This document shows, one piece after another, positions 37,290 to 50,060 of a stretch of DNA of 64,000 nucleotides. The notes below the pieces were generated by a model that searched no databases, was not told where the DNA came from, and saw only the letters and a list, made by a program, of their open reading frames with translations. This stretch comes from Azolla caroliniana (lineage: Eukaryota > Plantae > Polypodiophyta): NCBI GenBank assembly GCA_043228905.1, contig JBHGNT010000012.1, positions 16,554,001 to 16,618,000 on the forward strand, in the 5' to 3' direction. A program made the translations under genes and the position numbers. The number at the start of each line of letters is the position of its first letter. Within the stretch, counting starts at the first letter, position 1.

Positions 37290-40200
37290 TTAGACGCGTT
37301 CTAGTGGATGAAGGAAACCTAGTGACGGAGTGTTGTGCTCCAAAAGTTTTACGTAAAGATATTAAGAAAAATATATATTATTGTGGCTCTTCGTCCATAC
37401 ATTACAGGGGAGCTAATGGTTGCAGAGGCAGAGACGCCTCCAAAAAAATCAACGAAGTCTAAACTAGAGCAGAAGAAGTATAAGAAAAGAGCAAACCTGA
37501 TGACAACGAACTTGATGTAGTTGAGTTCATAGAAGATGAAGAAGACGAGGAACAACAACTCGATGTGGTTCCTCCGGGTGGACAAATCTCATCAGGAGTA
37601 CTCATGTCAGAGAAAAATAAAATAAGGAAGAACATTGTCAAGACAAAGCTTGACAATGTACGTAAAGGGCAGCTTTTTCACTTGCCAAATTGTTCAATTC
37701 AAAGACCTCTAGTGGATCCCGTGACCGGAAGACATCCACTAGAAATTCAAGAGCCCCACGTCCAGAACTTAAAAAGTAAAATGAAGATCAATCCCCATGC
37801 AACGGTCGTACCATTTTTAGTGATAGTTGACCCTGAACAATGTCCCATGCCTGGAGATTTTAAGTACAGTTCTATTGATGATTATACATATTATGTCTTA
37901 GGAGGATCTCATTCGGCAGAAGTTATACGTCAACTCGTCAAAGAATATCCACTAACTCCATTTTTCAAGTACACAGAATGCAAGGTGTACGCAGGCCTAA
38001 CACATGAAGAGGCAAAGTTATTGGCCTGGGACCATAATAACAACAATGACTACAGACAAAAAATGACTTGTATAGAACACATCCGATTCTTTCACCATGA
38101 GTATCTTGATGCATTACAAAGATATGGTCCCAAGCTACATCCTGGATTGTGTCGCCAATGTTTATTGGAGGTGGGGATAGCAGTAGATGAAAGCACAAAG
38201 TCGGAAGGACTAAGGAAATACGATTCGTGGTTTCAACTAGCTTTTTGAACAAGGGAGGTGTGGGATTTGCAAGATGAGATATTTAGTATATGGGAGCGGA
38301 AAGAGGTGAAAGGTCAACAATCAAAGAAATCTAGAGTGGAGATTAAATCAAAATCACGTAAAAGTGATTTGATAATCGAGGAGTTCCGCGAAGATATGAA
38401 GTTGCTCCCTTGGCGATCTTTACGAGGAATCAAAGATGACAGATTATTGATATTTGTACTTTCACGTATAGCTACCAAGGAGTTCATTTTAGAAGAGATG
38501 GTTACTGAGTTTTAGAAGTAAGTATATTGGTTATTGTAATGAATGAGCTTCATGTATTGTTTTAATGATTAACCAATGATTTATTGGTTTGTAGCCATAA
38601 AGTGTACATGAAGATTGAAGAATTGATGATGAAGAAACGGTCACTGCCTACATGGGAGGAGGTAGAGCAAGCATGCCCAGTGACTTCATCATACTGAAGG
38701 CTCTTGAAGAATTTCTAATTGAATTGAATTGTTTATTGTGAATGTGGACACTAACCAAACCACCTCGCTCCAAAAAAGCGGGAGATACAAACAACTATAT
38801 ACCTAGCTCATTTATTACACACCTAGAATGGGCAAAGTATGAGAAGAGAATTACGAAATGAAGGAGTTGGAAGTCCCTGAGGACTCCGAAACTTTTAAAA
38901 GTTTTTTGTATAGAATTGACCCTTTCGTCCGCTATATTATAGTGTATTTAATGGGGAAGTGGGTAATATGCTCGACATATTACCCAAGAGGCATTATACT
39001 TTATTGATCACAGACATTCCGTATGGATTCCGGATCACGAGATCCATGTATGATGATTTGCCATATAAATATCCCCAAATTGAGAAAATGGTGAAAGACT
39101 TTGCGGAATTGACCCTTGCACCATTGTATCGAATTGTCATATTCCATAGCATGGGGCAATCATTATCGGTCACAACTGCGATAAAAGTCTAGATGTCATT
39201 TGATGGAACATATGCATTGGTAAGCTATATTTGTTTTCATTTACAATTTCACATGTTGTTTTTATATGCTATACAATGTTTTATTGACATGAATGTATGA
39301 TGTTTTATTTAGGATTAAAACGAATATTACGCATAGTCAGGAGATCGGATGGTCAGTGTCGTAGAGCATCTTTGTGTGGGGAACTATGATGCGATTACAA
39401 AGAAAAAAGTTCGGGCACGTGTAAATGAGAGAAATGATGTGAACTATATCATGTGCCCAACAATGACAAAGAAGCTACACCATGTATCTGGCGATAAGAG
39501 CTTGGTGAACCCCTACCAAAAGCCACAAAGATTGATCAATCGGCTAATAGAGCTATTCTCTAACCAAGATGACTAGGTTTTAGATTTATTCTCTAGCATA
39601 GGTATATAATATAAGACTTATATCATTAATTTGGATTAACATAGAATGCATCATTCAGATGTTTTTAACATGTGCAATTTCATTTTACTTTCAGTGACTA
39701 CTACAATATGTGCCTTAAAGATGTTTAGGAATTGCGTTGCTTTGGAAAATGACCCTGAGCAGGTGAACTACATCAAAATGAGGATCCAGGGTATTTGGGA
39801 TTGTCTCGATCAAGAGCAAGAAGTTGGGGCAAAACATATAAATGAGACAGAGATGTTTCAGATGACTTCCAGAGAATCAATGGAACCAATTGATGATGAA
39901 GCGAGGGATCTTGTAGACTTAGACGACATACTAGGGTTTGAACTTAATCATGATGATTGTGCTGACCATTCGAAAGAAGTCACCGATGGTAATCTTGAAC
40001 AAAGAGCAGATCTTGAAGAGCCTCTGTTACCAAACTTATTGCTAGATTGATATTTTTATGCATATGACTTTTGAACATTGACTAATTGTAAATGTCTCCT
40101 TTTAAATATATCATTTGATTTCTTGGATAAAGTGATGTCTGAGTAATGGACGTTAATTTTGAGTTTAATTAGTATGTGTACATGTTGGCCGTTTTGGTTC

Positions 40201-40879
40201 CCATTCTTGTGTGCCAAGGTATTGGTGAATCTAAATTTATTGTCCAACTAATGAACTTAAAGTTATAAATGTCAAGTTATTGCGTATGGGTTTATTGCAT
40301 ATCATAGGTATCATTTTTCATGTGTCAGATTTGATTGGAATCATTTTCTCCCTAATGAACATAAAGTTTGAGTTTAATTAGTATATATATACATGTTTCC
40401 TTTGGTCTCCCTTCATTATTGATTAAGGTAATCTTGAATCTAAATTTTTACTTTGATATTTGTTATAAATGGCAAGTTATTGTGTATGGGTTTGTTGCAC
40501 ATCAGAACTATCATATGTCATGTGTCAGATTTGATCAAATAATTTTCTCGACATATTTGTATCTCGTAGTTGTATCCCTCGCAAATTCTTTTAAGATGTC
40601 TTAGATATAAATATAGGTCAAAATTAACAGAAGTACTTTGTTTTGTGGGGTGTGATTACAAGAATGCACTTATTTTCTTGGATGTGATTTTCATATTATG
40701 TAAAATGAAGTCACAAAATTAACGAAAGTTGATTATATTAGTAGGGTATGTTTTTCGCATAATGTAAAATGGCTGGTAGTACAATTATATTTGCATTGAC
40801 TTATAGACCTTATGTACGAATTTGATATAATAATTTGGTATGGAGAATACGAGACTATTGCTTTTATGGTCGTCATATT

Positions 40880-41031
40880 AATATGATCTATTATTTGCTA
40901 AGTTTTGATAGATTATGTACGCATGCGTCATACCTTATTGAAAATCTCTTAAAATAATGCATTTTTTAACCCGAAACCAAAATGTCAAAAAGAGAATGCG
41001 ACATATTATCTGTTTCAAATGACCTGGTGTT
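40880..41031. repeat. Putative (sub)terminal inverted repeat of the DNA transposon, right end
   Basis: AATGCGACATATTATCTGTTTCAAATGACCTGGTGTT (40995-41031) is the reverse complement of 61885-61921 with 2 mismatches; weaker similarity extends inward (GACGCATGCGTA). Confidence 0.75.
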
Positions 41032-41167
41032 TAAGCAATATGATTGTTAGCCCTAGCTAGTTGTTATTTAGTTCTATATCCAGAGCATAATGATATTGGT
41101 AGGGAAAAATACACGATAGAATAACGAACCCTTCATACACTAGTTAACCTTTGGTTTGTCTATAGAC

Positions 41168-41638
41168 TAATGATTCGCAATCGACAACAGTTCGGTTTAA
41201 CAACTTAATGGCTGACATGGTTCGGTTCAATCGGGGCGGGGGGGTTACTGGTTCGGTTCAATTTGAGCCTTTGTCAGTTTAAATGGTTTAAAACCACGGT
41301 TCAAACGGTTTAAAAAATTAAAATGTGAACTATTGAACAATTAAAACTTTGTAAAGTTAAGATGTGAAATTTTGAATTTTGACCTAACTTGAAAACCAAA
41401 ACCGAACTATGAAACCGCGGTTTTAATGGTTTAACGGTTTGAAAGTCTCTAAAACCGTTTGGTTTGAGCTTGAATTTTTTGTAACGTTTCGGTTTAAACT
41501 GTTTTGATTTAAACGGTTTTGTGGTTTGGTTTAAGTTTCAATTTTTTAAAACGGTTCGGTTTTATAACGGTTTGAGTTTGACACTCGAACCGAGCCGAGC
41601 CGAGCCGAACCGAACCGAACCGTTCCTGATGAATACTA
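41168..41638. mobile_element. Non-autonomous hAT/MITE-like element rich in GGTT(C/T)/AACCG motifs
   Basis: Dense GGTTCGGTT and AACCGAACC subterminal-type motifs, ending ..GATGAATACTA; no TSD found. Confidence 0.5.
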
Positions 41639-41855
41639 AATTGCGAGAAGAAATACACCCAAACCCACACAGAAGCCATCAGAATGATGAGTCTCCCCTG
41701 AAGACACCCCCCTTTCTAGAAAATGGAGAGTGGAGCAGCATCATGGACCTCAGCTACAGAAGGATGGATCTGCTATGGAAGGCATGTTTCCAGGATTCTG
41801 CTACCTCATGCAAGGTGTGTTTTTTGTGATTTGCTTATTCCTTGTATGCATATAC

Positions 41856-41900
<45 letters not shown>

Positions 41901-44900
41901 TCATTGGACTACAGCCCTAATACTGTAAAAGAAGAAGAGAGAAATCAAATGGGATGGCATTTGTTATAGGGAGAAATCCGAAATACACTGGAGCTTTCTC
42001 ACTGAATTCTGGCCTTGGGAAATAACAAAAGCCAATGTCTACTTGGGAAAGGAAACAAGCTGGGGTACTTCTGAGATTTTTCCCATAATTATTTTGTCGA
42101 ATCGAATAGTCTTGTAGGAGCCTATGAGATGATCATACAACACTATCAATAGAGTACAAAGAAAGATTAAAGAAACTAGCAAGTGAAGTTGGAGCTAGGG
42201 CACCACTGTTCACTCTCCATTGCCCATACACATCTGCATCACCAACTGGTAGAATGTTTCACATTCATTGCCAACAATTCTCACAAGCCAGTGGTAGGAC
42301 ATGCTGTAAAGAGAAACGTGACAATTATGGTATAATAATGTCCATGTGGGGCCAACATGACCCATGGGATCCATAGAAGCTGATCCTTGATATAGGTATT
42401 CTTAAAATTCATGCCTGATGTTCTCATATGTGAGGCATTCCAAAGTGAGATGTTCTTTTTTTTTTCGCTAACCTCAGTTTTTATTTTCAATATGTGTGAC
42501 CATATCATGGCACATCTTGCCTGCATTTTAGCATGTGTGTCTGGATATATGCTTGGACATCAGCCAGATATGGTCGATCATTTCCCTAAATTGAGAATTA
42601 GTGCAGCTTACCTGATCTGAAATTTATATTGTTCTCTTCTCCAGATCTTATGGATGGCTTCCAGTGTGGCTCAGTAAAACATGGTATTATGTTCTCTAGA
42701 CTCTTTCGTTTCCTCTATATACACATCCGGATATTCTTCAACATGCCATCATCACCCTGCAGCATATGGTTTGATAGTGAGTACAAGGCAACCAAAGACA
42801 AACTTAAGGCCATTCTATAAAGACAACACAATGACTGTCCAATGTCGATTATGCTATTGAGGGTTATTGTGAATGTGTAACGACATGATCCCAATGAGAG
42901 CATCCCCTGTATCTAAAGAAACCTAAGTAACCATCTGGGCACCAAACTAAGGATACAAACCCTGTAGTAAAGTCCATATCATTAATGGTTGTTTCCAAAC
43001 ACACCTCAAAGCGCTTGGAACGAGCTTACCACATTTTCAAATATTTGTGGGATAAAGCTCATGTCCTTGGATGAGTATGATATGCACTGTTGTCAATACT
43101 TGCATGGAGCATGTGGGCTATTGCATGTAATCTGTTAATATTCCATTGTACACATGTAATCTGTTATATTCCACTATACAATATGTAAATCCATGTGCAG
43201 GAGGGAAAAGGGCTTACCATCTTTAGGAGAGGATTGCATCACCTGACCAAGCACATCATAATCAGAAGGCAAAAGGAGAACTTGAGCACCCCCATAGAAT
43301 AGTGCGAATTCAATCATTGATTGCTCAGTCCTTCTAAGAACCAAACTGTTGCATCCCCAAATGCATGAGGTTCAACGTTATCACGATGTGCACTTCACAT
43401 GTACGTGGACAAGCACTGGTCCTTTATCTGCAGGTGGTGATCGAGGAGCAAAAAGATGATTTGTAAAGATGTTTTTCCAAGTTAGGTCTCGAACCCGTTA
43501 ACTTCATGATAGATTATATAGGCTGCACCAATAGATCACAATATACGATTCAATGTAATATGATTCTTTATTTTTATTAAATATTAACCCATGAACTTTA
43601 GGTTAGATTAAATTAAATTAAATTAACCCAATACACCACACAACACATACACGAATGAAAAAAATATGATTTTATTTATTGAATGCCTGGGATATCTACC
43701 CCCTCAAGAATTTGCGAGCTACATTGCTTTTTTATTCTTCCCACGCATAAGATACATGTTTCTTTTTCCTCCCCTTCCTAGATGAGATTGCCTTTATATA
43801 GTGTTTCTTAATTCTCATGCTTTATCTTAAATACAATGACTAAATCATGTAGAATTATCAGAATGGTTTTATTTAATATATATAATTATTACTCTAGTGG
43901 TATTTACTATCTTTTAAAGAGAAATGGTGTGGGTGGGGTTCGAAACTTAAACATTATGCTTCTTTAAAAATAACATTTTAAAATGGACAATTTCTTTGCT
44001 TTGGAGGTGGTTTCACATCGTGTGCCATTAGTGATATGACATTGTCATTCAATGAGAATACAAACCCTCCACTTTGGTCAATCTCATCAAGGGTTGGTTC
44101 CCAGAAACACCTTGAAACTCTAGGAATAAGTGTATCACATCCGAAGTACTTGTGCTGACACATGAGAGGAATTTCTCATGTCCTCACATTTCATATGATA
44201 TTAAATATCATGAATGATGGTGTTATTATAAAGAGGGCACATATGATAGGGTCACCCTATAACGTATGGTTTGATGAACATAAGGCAACCGAAAACAACC
44301 TTAGGGACATTCCTGGAAACAAGGGATGCATGGACAAATGTACCAAGGGTAAAGAGATATAAGGTCCATCACATCTTAAAGAGTACCCAAAGAGGGCATG
44401 GAGAGCTATCAAAGGACAGCACATAAAGGGGCATCTTTCCTCTACTATAATCTTGGCATATACATGAAGGATAGAAGCCCCATATCAACGTGTTTTCCCC
44501 TTAATGTACATGGAATTTTTTGAGGATGATGAGGTAATGAAAAATCTGAAACACCTTCAGTGGCAAGGCTGTAAATAAACTTCACCTATGCTAAAATGGA
44601 CTAGTTCAGTGGATAAAGATGGATACTTGCCTTACTAAAACAGACAATAGAACAAGGTATTCCTTGAGACTAGCAAGATAACTGGATCAGTACACTCTAG
44701 AAAGGAGGGAATATATATCAGCTCACTAATTAACACAATTATCTGGGTTCTTGCATGACTAAACTTCTACACAGTACTGCTGAACATTCATTTAGCGAAT
44801 AAGGAGTCATGTCTATATTTTTAAAATTATGGTGATGGCTAGCTCTGCGCTGCTTTGTCATGAACCTGTATTAGGATAGTAGGCTCATTTGGAATTCAAT

Positions 44901-45286
44901 GTGCAATAGATTCAGAGGTGAGTAATGAAGAGTTATTGAATCGGACACGTTGTATTTGGGAGGGATGGCCACTTAGTCACATATTATGAGATCCTTGGGT
45001 ATGATCTGAACCCTGACCTATGCAACCAGATGTTACAGTCTCTTTCTTCGCATATTCTGGTGTATAGAGAAATACATCTTAATTGGACAACAATGTGCCA
45101 CTCCCTCTAAGTTACAGTAATGTCTTCATGCCAATGTCCACATTTTTTTGAACCTTTTTTTGGCACATTTACCAGTGAGAACTTGGGTGAAGGAACTTAT
45201 GGTGGGAAAGAGAGAGAGAGAGAGAGATCTGACTTGTTTGATTTCAGAATAGCTTCAGTTCCCCAGTTTTTAAACATGGTTTTCTC

Positions 45287-48200
45287 ATGGATGGATACTT
45301 CAATCCCCCTTGGGTTCACGAAGAGTTTCAGAGAAGCAAAGTTTTTCATTCAGCCCAAGGAAAGAAACACAATAATAAGGAGAATATTCATGAAAAGTTT
45401 AAATTCGTGTCCCTGCTTAATGTGTGTGCTGAGAAGAGGAATCTTATTGAAGGTATTAGATTGCATAATGATATTACTAGAAGGTTTCTCTTCCTGGAAA
45501 AGAGTCCTTATCTAGTTAGTGCTTTAATCAGCATGTATGCCAAATGTGGAGATCTTCTAAAAGCACAAAAGTTGCTGGAAAAGCTTCCAATTCGGGAAAC
45601 GTCTTCTTGGAATGCTCTAATTGGAGGATATGTCCATGAAGCTCAAGACCGTGAAGCATTGATATGTTTCGAACAAATGAGAAGTGAGGGCACACCCTCT
45701 AATGCAGTCACGTTTACATGCCTCTTGAAGGCTTGTGGAAGAATTGGTGGTCTATGTAAGGGTGTTGAAATTCATGATGAAATTGTGAGAAAGGGATTTT
45801 TGGAGAAGGATATCGTGCTCGGAAATGCTTTGGTGGATATGTATGCTAGATGTGGTATGGTTGAAAGTGCTCAAGAAGTGCTCGAAAAGCTTCCTACTCG
45901 AGATGTCATCTCATGGTCAGCACTGCTGTCAGGTTATGTTCAGAAGGGGCAAGGTGAGAAAGCATTGGACTATTTTGAACAAATGCAATGTGAGGGTCTC
46001 TCTCCAAATGAAATCACCTTTGTTTGCATCCTGAAGGCCTGTGGAACCATAGGAGCAATAGAAAAAGGCAAAGAAATACATCGTGAGTTGGTGAGTAAGG
46101 GATTGATGGAAAAGAACATTGTGCTTGGCACAACTTTGGTTGATATGTATGCAAAATGTGGTGCGCTTGCAGAAGCAAAGCAAGTACATGAAGAGTTTTT
46201 GGTTCAGAATACAGTATCTTGGTCTTCATTAATTGCAGGATATGCTGAAAAGGGTCAAGTTTGTGAAGCTTTAAAGCTTTTCGAGCAGATGCAAACTGAA
46301 GGTTTTACACCAGATTCAATCACTTTTATTTGCATCCTAAAGCTTTGCAGTGGCTGTTCAGATGGAGCTGTAAACAAGGGCAAAGAAATTCATTCCAAGA
46401 TTGTGACCAAGGGCTTAATAGAAAATGATGTATTGCTTGGTAATGCATTAATGGATATGTATGTAAAGTGTGGGATGCTTACAAAAGCTCAGAGTTTGTT
46501 CGATGAGCTTAGTGTTCGAGACATTGTCTCTTGGTCTATATTGATTGCAGGGTATACTGAAGAGGGCCATGGTCAAGAAGCATTAAACTGTTTCGATCGA
46601 ATGCTTAGTGAGGGGCTCTCACCTAACACAGTGACATTAATATGTGTTTTGAAAGCCTGTGGTATCAGAAGAGATATAGAAAAGGGCAAACAAATTCATG
46701 ATGAGATTGTACGTAGGTGCTTCCTGAAGAAGGATATTGTGCTTGGTACTGCTTTGATAGATATGTATGTGCGATGTGGAGTGCTTTCAAAAGCACAAGA
46801 GGTGCTTGATGATCTTCCTGTCCAAGACACGGTGTCATGGTCTACTATAATAAAGGGTTATTCTGAACATGGACAATATCATGAAGCATTGAGTTCTTTC
46901 AATAGGTTGCAAAGTGAGGGTGTCTCTCCAGATGCTATCACAATCATTTGTATCTTGAATGTTTGTGGTATCTTGGGATCTCTAGACAAGGGAAAACAAA
47001 TTCATGAGAAGATTGTGAGCATGGGAATGTTAGAGAAGAATGATATTATACTTGCCAATGCTTTGGCAGCCATGTATGCTAAATGTGGGGTACTCGAGAA
47101 GGCAGAGGAAGTGCTTGACGAACTTCCCAATCGGGATGTCGTCTCTTGGAATACATTAATTTCTGGCTATGTTCAACAAGGTCGAAGTGATAAAGCCCTA
47201 AGTTGTTACGAAAGGATTCAAAATGATTGCCTTTCTCCAGATGTGGTTACATTTATCTGCATCTTGAAGGCATGCGGCATCACAAGAGCTATAGATAAGG
47301 GTAAGCAAATCCACAATGAAATTGTGAGGATCGGCTTACTAGACAAGGATATGGTGCTTAGCAATGCGTTAGTTGACATGTATGCCAAATGTGGCATGCT
47401 TGGAAAAGCTCAACACCTACTTGAAAGGCTTTCTGTTAGAGATATAGTCGCATGGAACTCACTGATTGGTGGCTACACTGAACAAGGCCGGTATAGTGAT
47501 GCATTAAATACTTTTAAGCAAGTGAAAAGAGAGGGTCTCATTCCAGATGCGGTTACCTTTTCTTTCATCTTGAAAGCATGCAGCAATATAGGAGCTATTG
47601 AAAGTGGTAAGAGAATTCATAACGAGATCTTAAAGGTGCGTTCACATGAGAAGGATCTGGTGCTTGGCACTATGTTGGTTGATATGTATGCGAAATGCGG
47701 TCTACTATCTAAAGCACATGAATTACTTGAAGAGCTTTCTATTCGGGATATAATCGCTTGGAATGCACTCCTTTCAGGGTATGCCCAACACAGGCAAGGT
47801 CAAGGTGCGATGAAATGCATCGAATGCTTACAAAGTGAGGGACTTTCTCCAAATGAGATCACATTTGTATGTATTCTAAGTGCTTGTGGCCACTCAGGGC
47901 TATTAAGTGAGGCTGAAATGCTTTTCAGAAGCATGATGATAACTCCGAGCTTAGAGCACAATACTTGCATGGTGACCACTTTTGGAAGTGCAGGATACTT
48001 TGAGAAAGCAATCTCACTTATTAAGAGGGTTTCCTCTTCTGATTATACCATTGTTTGGTTTGCGCTATTGAATGGCTGTAGGAAATGGGGAAATATGAGA
48101 CTTGGGAAATTAGCTTTTGATTGGACTGTACATCATGATGATCATGATCCTATGGTTGACATTAATTCGGCGAATGTCATGAAAGAGGATGTCAATGACA

Positions 48201-48301
48201 TAGGACCAAGCTATGATTGGATTGATGGAAATAGAAGTGCCTATCCCTTTCTCCTTGGGAATAAGAAGGTTTCTGAAAGTAAAGATGCATGTTCAAAGTG
48301 A
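45287..48301 (+). CDS. PLS-class pentatricopeptide repeat protein, intronless, partial E domain, no DYW; probable organellar RNA-editing factor
   Basis: 1004-aa ORF with repeated LGNALVDMYAKCG / SWNALI.GY / TF.CILKAC triplets, ending in E-like LEHNTCMV..G.AG and W.ALL.GCRKWG. Confidence 0.93.
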   Translation: MDGYFNPPWVHEEFQRSKVFHSAQGKKHNNKENIHEKFKFVSLLNVCAEKRNLIEGIRLHNDITRRFLFLEKSPYLVSALISMYAKCGDLLKAQKLLEKLPIRETSSWNALIGGYVHEAQDREALICFEQMRSEGTPSNAVTFTCLLKACGRIGGLCKGVEIHDEIVRKGFLEKDIVLGNALVDMYARCGMVESAQEVLEKLPTRDVISWSALLSGYVQKGQGEKALDYFEQMQCEGLSPNEITFVCILKACGTIGAIEKGKEIHRELVSKGLMEKNIVLGTTLVDMYAKCGALAEAKQVHEEFLVQNTVSWSSLIAGYAEKGQVCEALKLFEQMQTEGFTPDSITFICILKLCSGCSDGAVNKGKEIHSKIVTKGLIENDVLLGNALMDMYVKCGMLTKAQSLFDELSVRDIVSWSILIAGYTEEGHGQEALNCFDRMLSEGLSPNTVTLICVLKACGIRRDIEKGKQIHDEIVRRCFLKKDIVLGTALIDMYVRCGVLSKAQEVLDDLPVQDTVSWSTIIKGYSEHGQYHEALSSFNRLQSEGVSPDAITIICILNVCGILGSLDKGKQIHEKIVSMGMLEKNDIILANALAAMYAKCGVLEKAEEVLDELPNRDVVSWNTLISGYVQQGRSDKALSCYERIQNDCLSPDVVTFICILKACGITRAIDKGKQIHNEIVRIGLLDKDMVLSNALVDMYAKCGMLGKAQHLLERLSVRDIVAWNSLIGGYTEQGRYSDALNTFKQVKREGLIPDAVTFSFILKACSNIGAIESGKRIHNEILKVRSHEKDLVLGTMLVDMYAKCGLLSKAHELLEELSIRDIIAWNALLSGYAQHRQGQGAMKCIECLQSEGLSPNEITFVCILSACGHSGLLSEAEMLFRSMMITPSLEHNTCMVTTFGSAGYFEKAISLIKRVSSSDYTIVWFALLNGCRKWGNMRLGKLAFDWTVHHDDHDPMVDINSANVMKEDVNDIGPSYDWIDGNRSAYPFLLGNKKVSESKDACSK

Positions 48302-49199
48302 AATACCATAATGTCATAAGAAAGACCTTCCCCATCTGTTGAAGAACGTATCATTGCATGTGTTTACGATAAATGATGATAGGGCTGAAATGTTGAAGCG
48401 TATATGCATTCGAAAGAGAAAAACATGTAACTTTGCAAACTACATTCATGTCTCTAGGGATCATAGGAACTAATCCTTCAACTCGAGCTTCACGCATATT
48501 CAAATATTCCACTTTGGAAGACATGATGGAAACGAATGGAGGCTTAGAAGAATCAAATAGAGTCTTCTAAGGAGAAAAGGAATTTGGTGGTGGACCAACT
48601 ACTTCGTAAGAAAATGTTTTTGGACTTTTTCAGTCTTCATAAGTGGACTTACACAATGGTCTCCCTATCATAGAGAAGCATCGGTGTCACTAAGCATCAC
48701 AGAGGTATTCCTTGATAACCCAATAGATGGTTTCTCCATGGATATGTTACCAAATGCACTAGCAAGCCCTCTTTCTTGTTTCCAAGCGACAATTAGCACA
48801 TTCTTTCCATCTATAGTTGGAGGAAACTTGAAGGTGATTGACCTTTACTTTTGAGACATTATTGGGCACAATACCTGGACTATCCTTATTGAGATTCTAC
48901 ATGCAATTGATACTCAAGTTTGCTGAATGATTAAAAGTTATAACGGCTAGTTAGCTCCAACAACTAGTTAGCCCAATGGCCAGATCTTGGCCTTTATAAA
49001 GAGGAACTTTCTCCTCATGTAAATATGAGGGACCTTTGTATTTTCTCCCTCCTGTTGTGACATACCAATGTATATTACTAAACAAATGTGCCTTCGCATT
49101 TTTCAATTAAGTTACTATGGAGCTATTGATAGTCAAGTTATTATGCATGCAATTGTATTTAAAGACAAGCTTTTTTTGCCAATAGTATTTACTAAAACC

Positions 49200-50060
49200 C
49201 TCGAGGTAGTACAAGCATGCCTCGATGGTTGCATACTCAGTTGAGTGTCAATAGCTCTAAAATAAAGATTGTGCTTGTGAAGAGCCAAAATAAGGATAAA
49301 CTATGAATTATGTACAATAATGAGCCTTAGTTGAAACTGTGGAAAGCTTTAAATTCCTTAGCCTTGAAGTTTCCTCAAATCATAGATGGAATGAACATGT
49401 TACCCATAACATAAAGATGGAAAAGAGAGCATATTATACATTTGAGAGCACATGCAAATATGGAGTAATTAAATGTTGGGTTCTCAAGAAATACCTTATC
49501 ACACGTGATACCGATACCCAAATCAACTTGGAAAGAGTTTGAAAATCTCTAAAAGCATTTTCTTACAAAGTTTTACGAAATCAACAAATGTTATAAACCA
49601 TGCTTCTTGAGACGATATAACTTCCCTTTGAGATTATGGCCATGGAAAGGGTTGTCAAATACATGTTTACTATTCAAAAATGCCCCTCACATAAACCATA
49701 AAAGTAAAACTGTGTAGTATTTGGTTAGCTCCCATGATATAGGATGCAACATACTTGCTTCATGATGCATGGATAGATTCATTTACAAATGAGCCCTATT
49801 TGCAACGCTAATATATCATGACATGGAAAAAATGCTTGGTAATTGAACATGTGGACATGGGAAAAATGTGGAGGCTCATGCTACATGTGTTGCTTTGAAT
49901 TAAGAAGCCATATTATTCACCAAATGCGAAAATGCACACACCAATCTTTAGAGCCCATCTTGTTGTTTGCAATATAAACCATTTTTACCATATAACTTAA
50001 CTTACATGCACTACGATTTGAGATGAGGCATGCCCCAAAAGTGATGAGGGTAGTTGACTA
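49200..50060 (+). mobile_element. Highly degenerate LINE RT 3' remnant
   Basis: VESFKFLSLE (VxxFKYLG-like) and the following K.A.Y region in ORF 49339-49542. Confidence 0.5.

Larger units (their letters stand above)
7072..40050 (+). pseudogene. Spliced gene for a ParB-like domain fused to a beta-class DNA amino-methyltransferase (N4-C/N6-A); split by retroelement insertions; probable DNA-transposon cargo
   Basis: TATA at 6961. Exon 7072-7097 splices in frame (GT..AG intron 7098-7630) to 7631-7979. The frame continues through 36663-36701 and from 37295 once the insertions and their TSDs are removed. ParB-like YYVLGGSHS (GGSH at 37901-37912); motif IV LLITDIPYG (DIPY at 39013-39024); W-x-K across intron 39220-39312; NPYQKP.LI.RLIELFS; motif I VLDLFS..TT.. 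across intron 39602-39694. A further intron at 38518-38594. Several in-frame stops and frameshifts. Confidence 0.8.

Noticed and set aside
37565-40050. Bacterial or phage contamination as the source of the methyltransferase
   Set aside because: The gene has GT-AG introns that split conserved motifs and is interrupted by plant LTR elements with TSDs.
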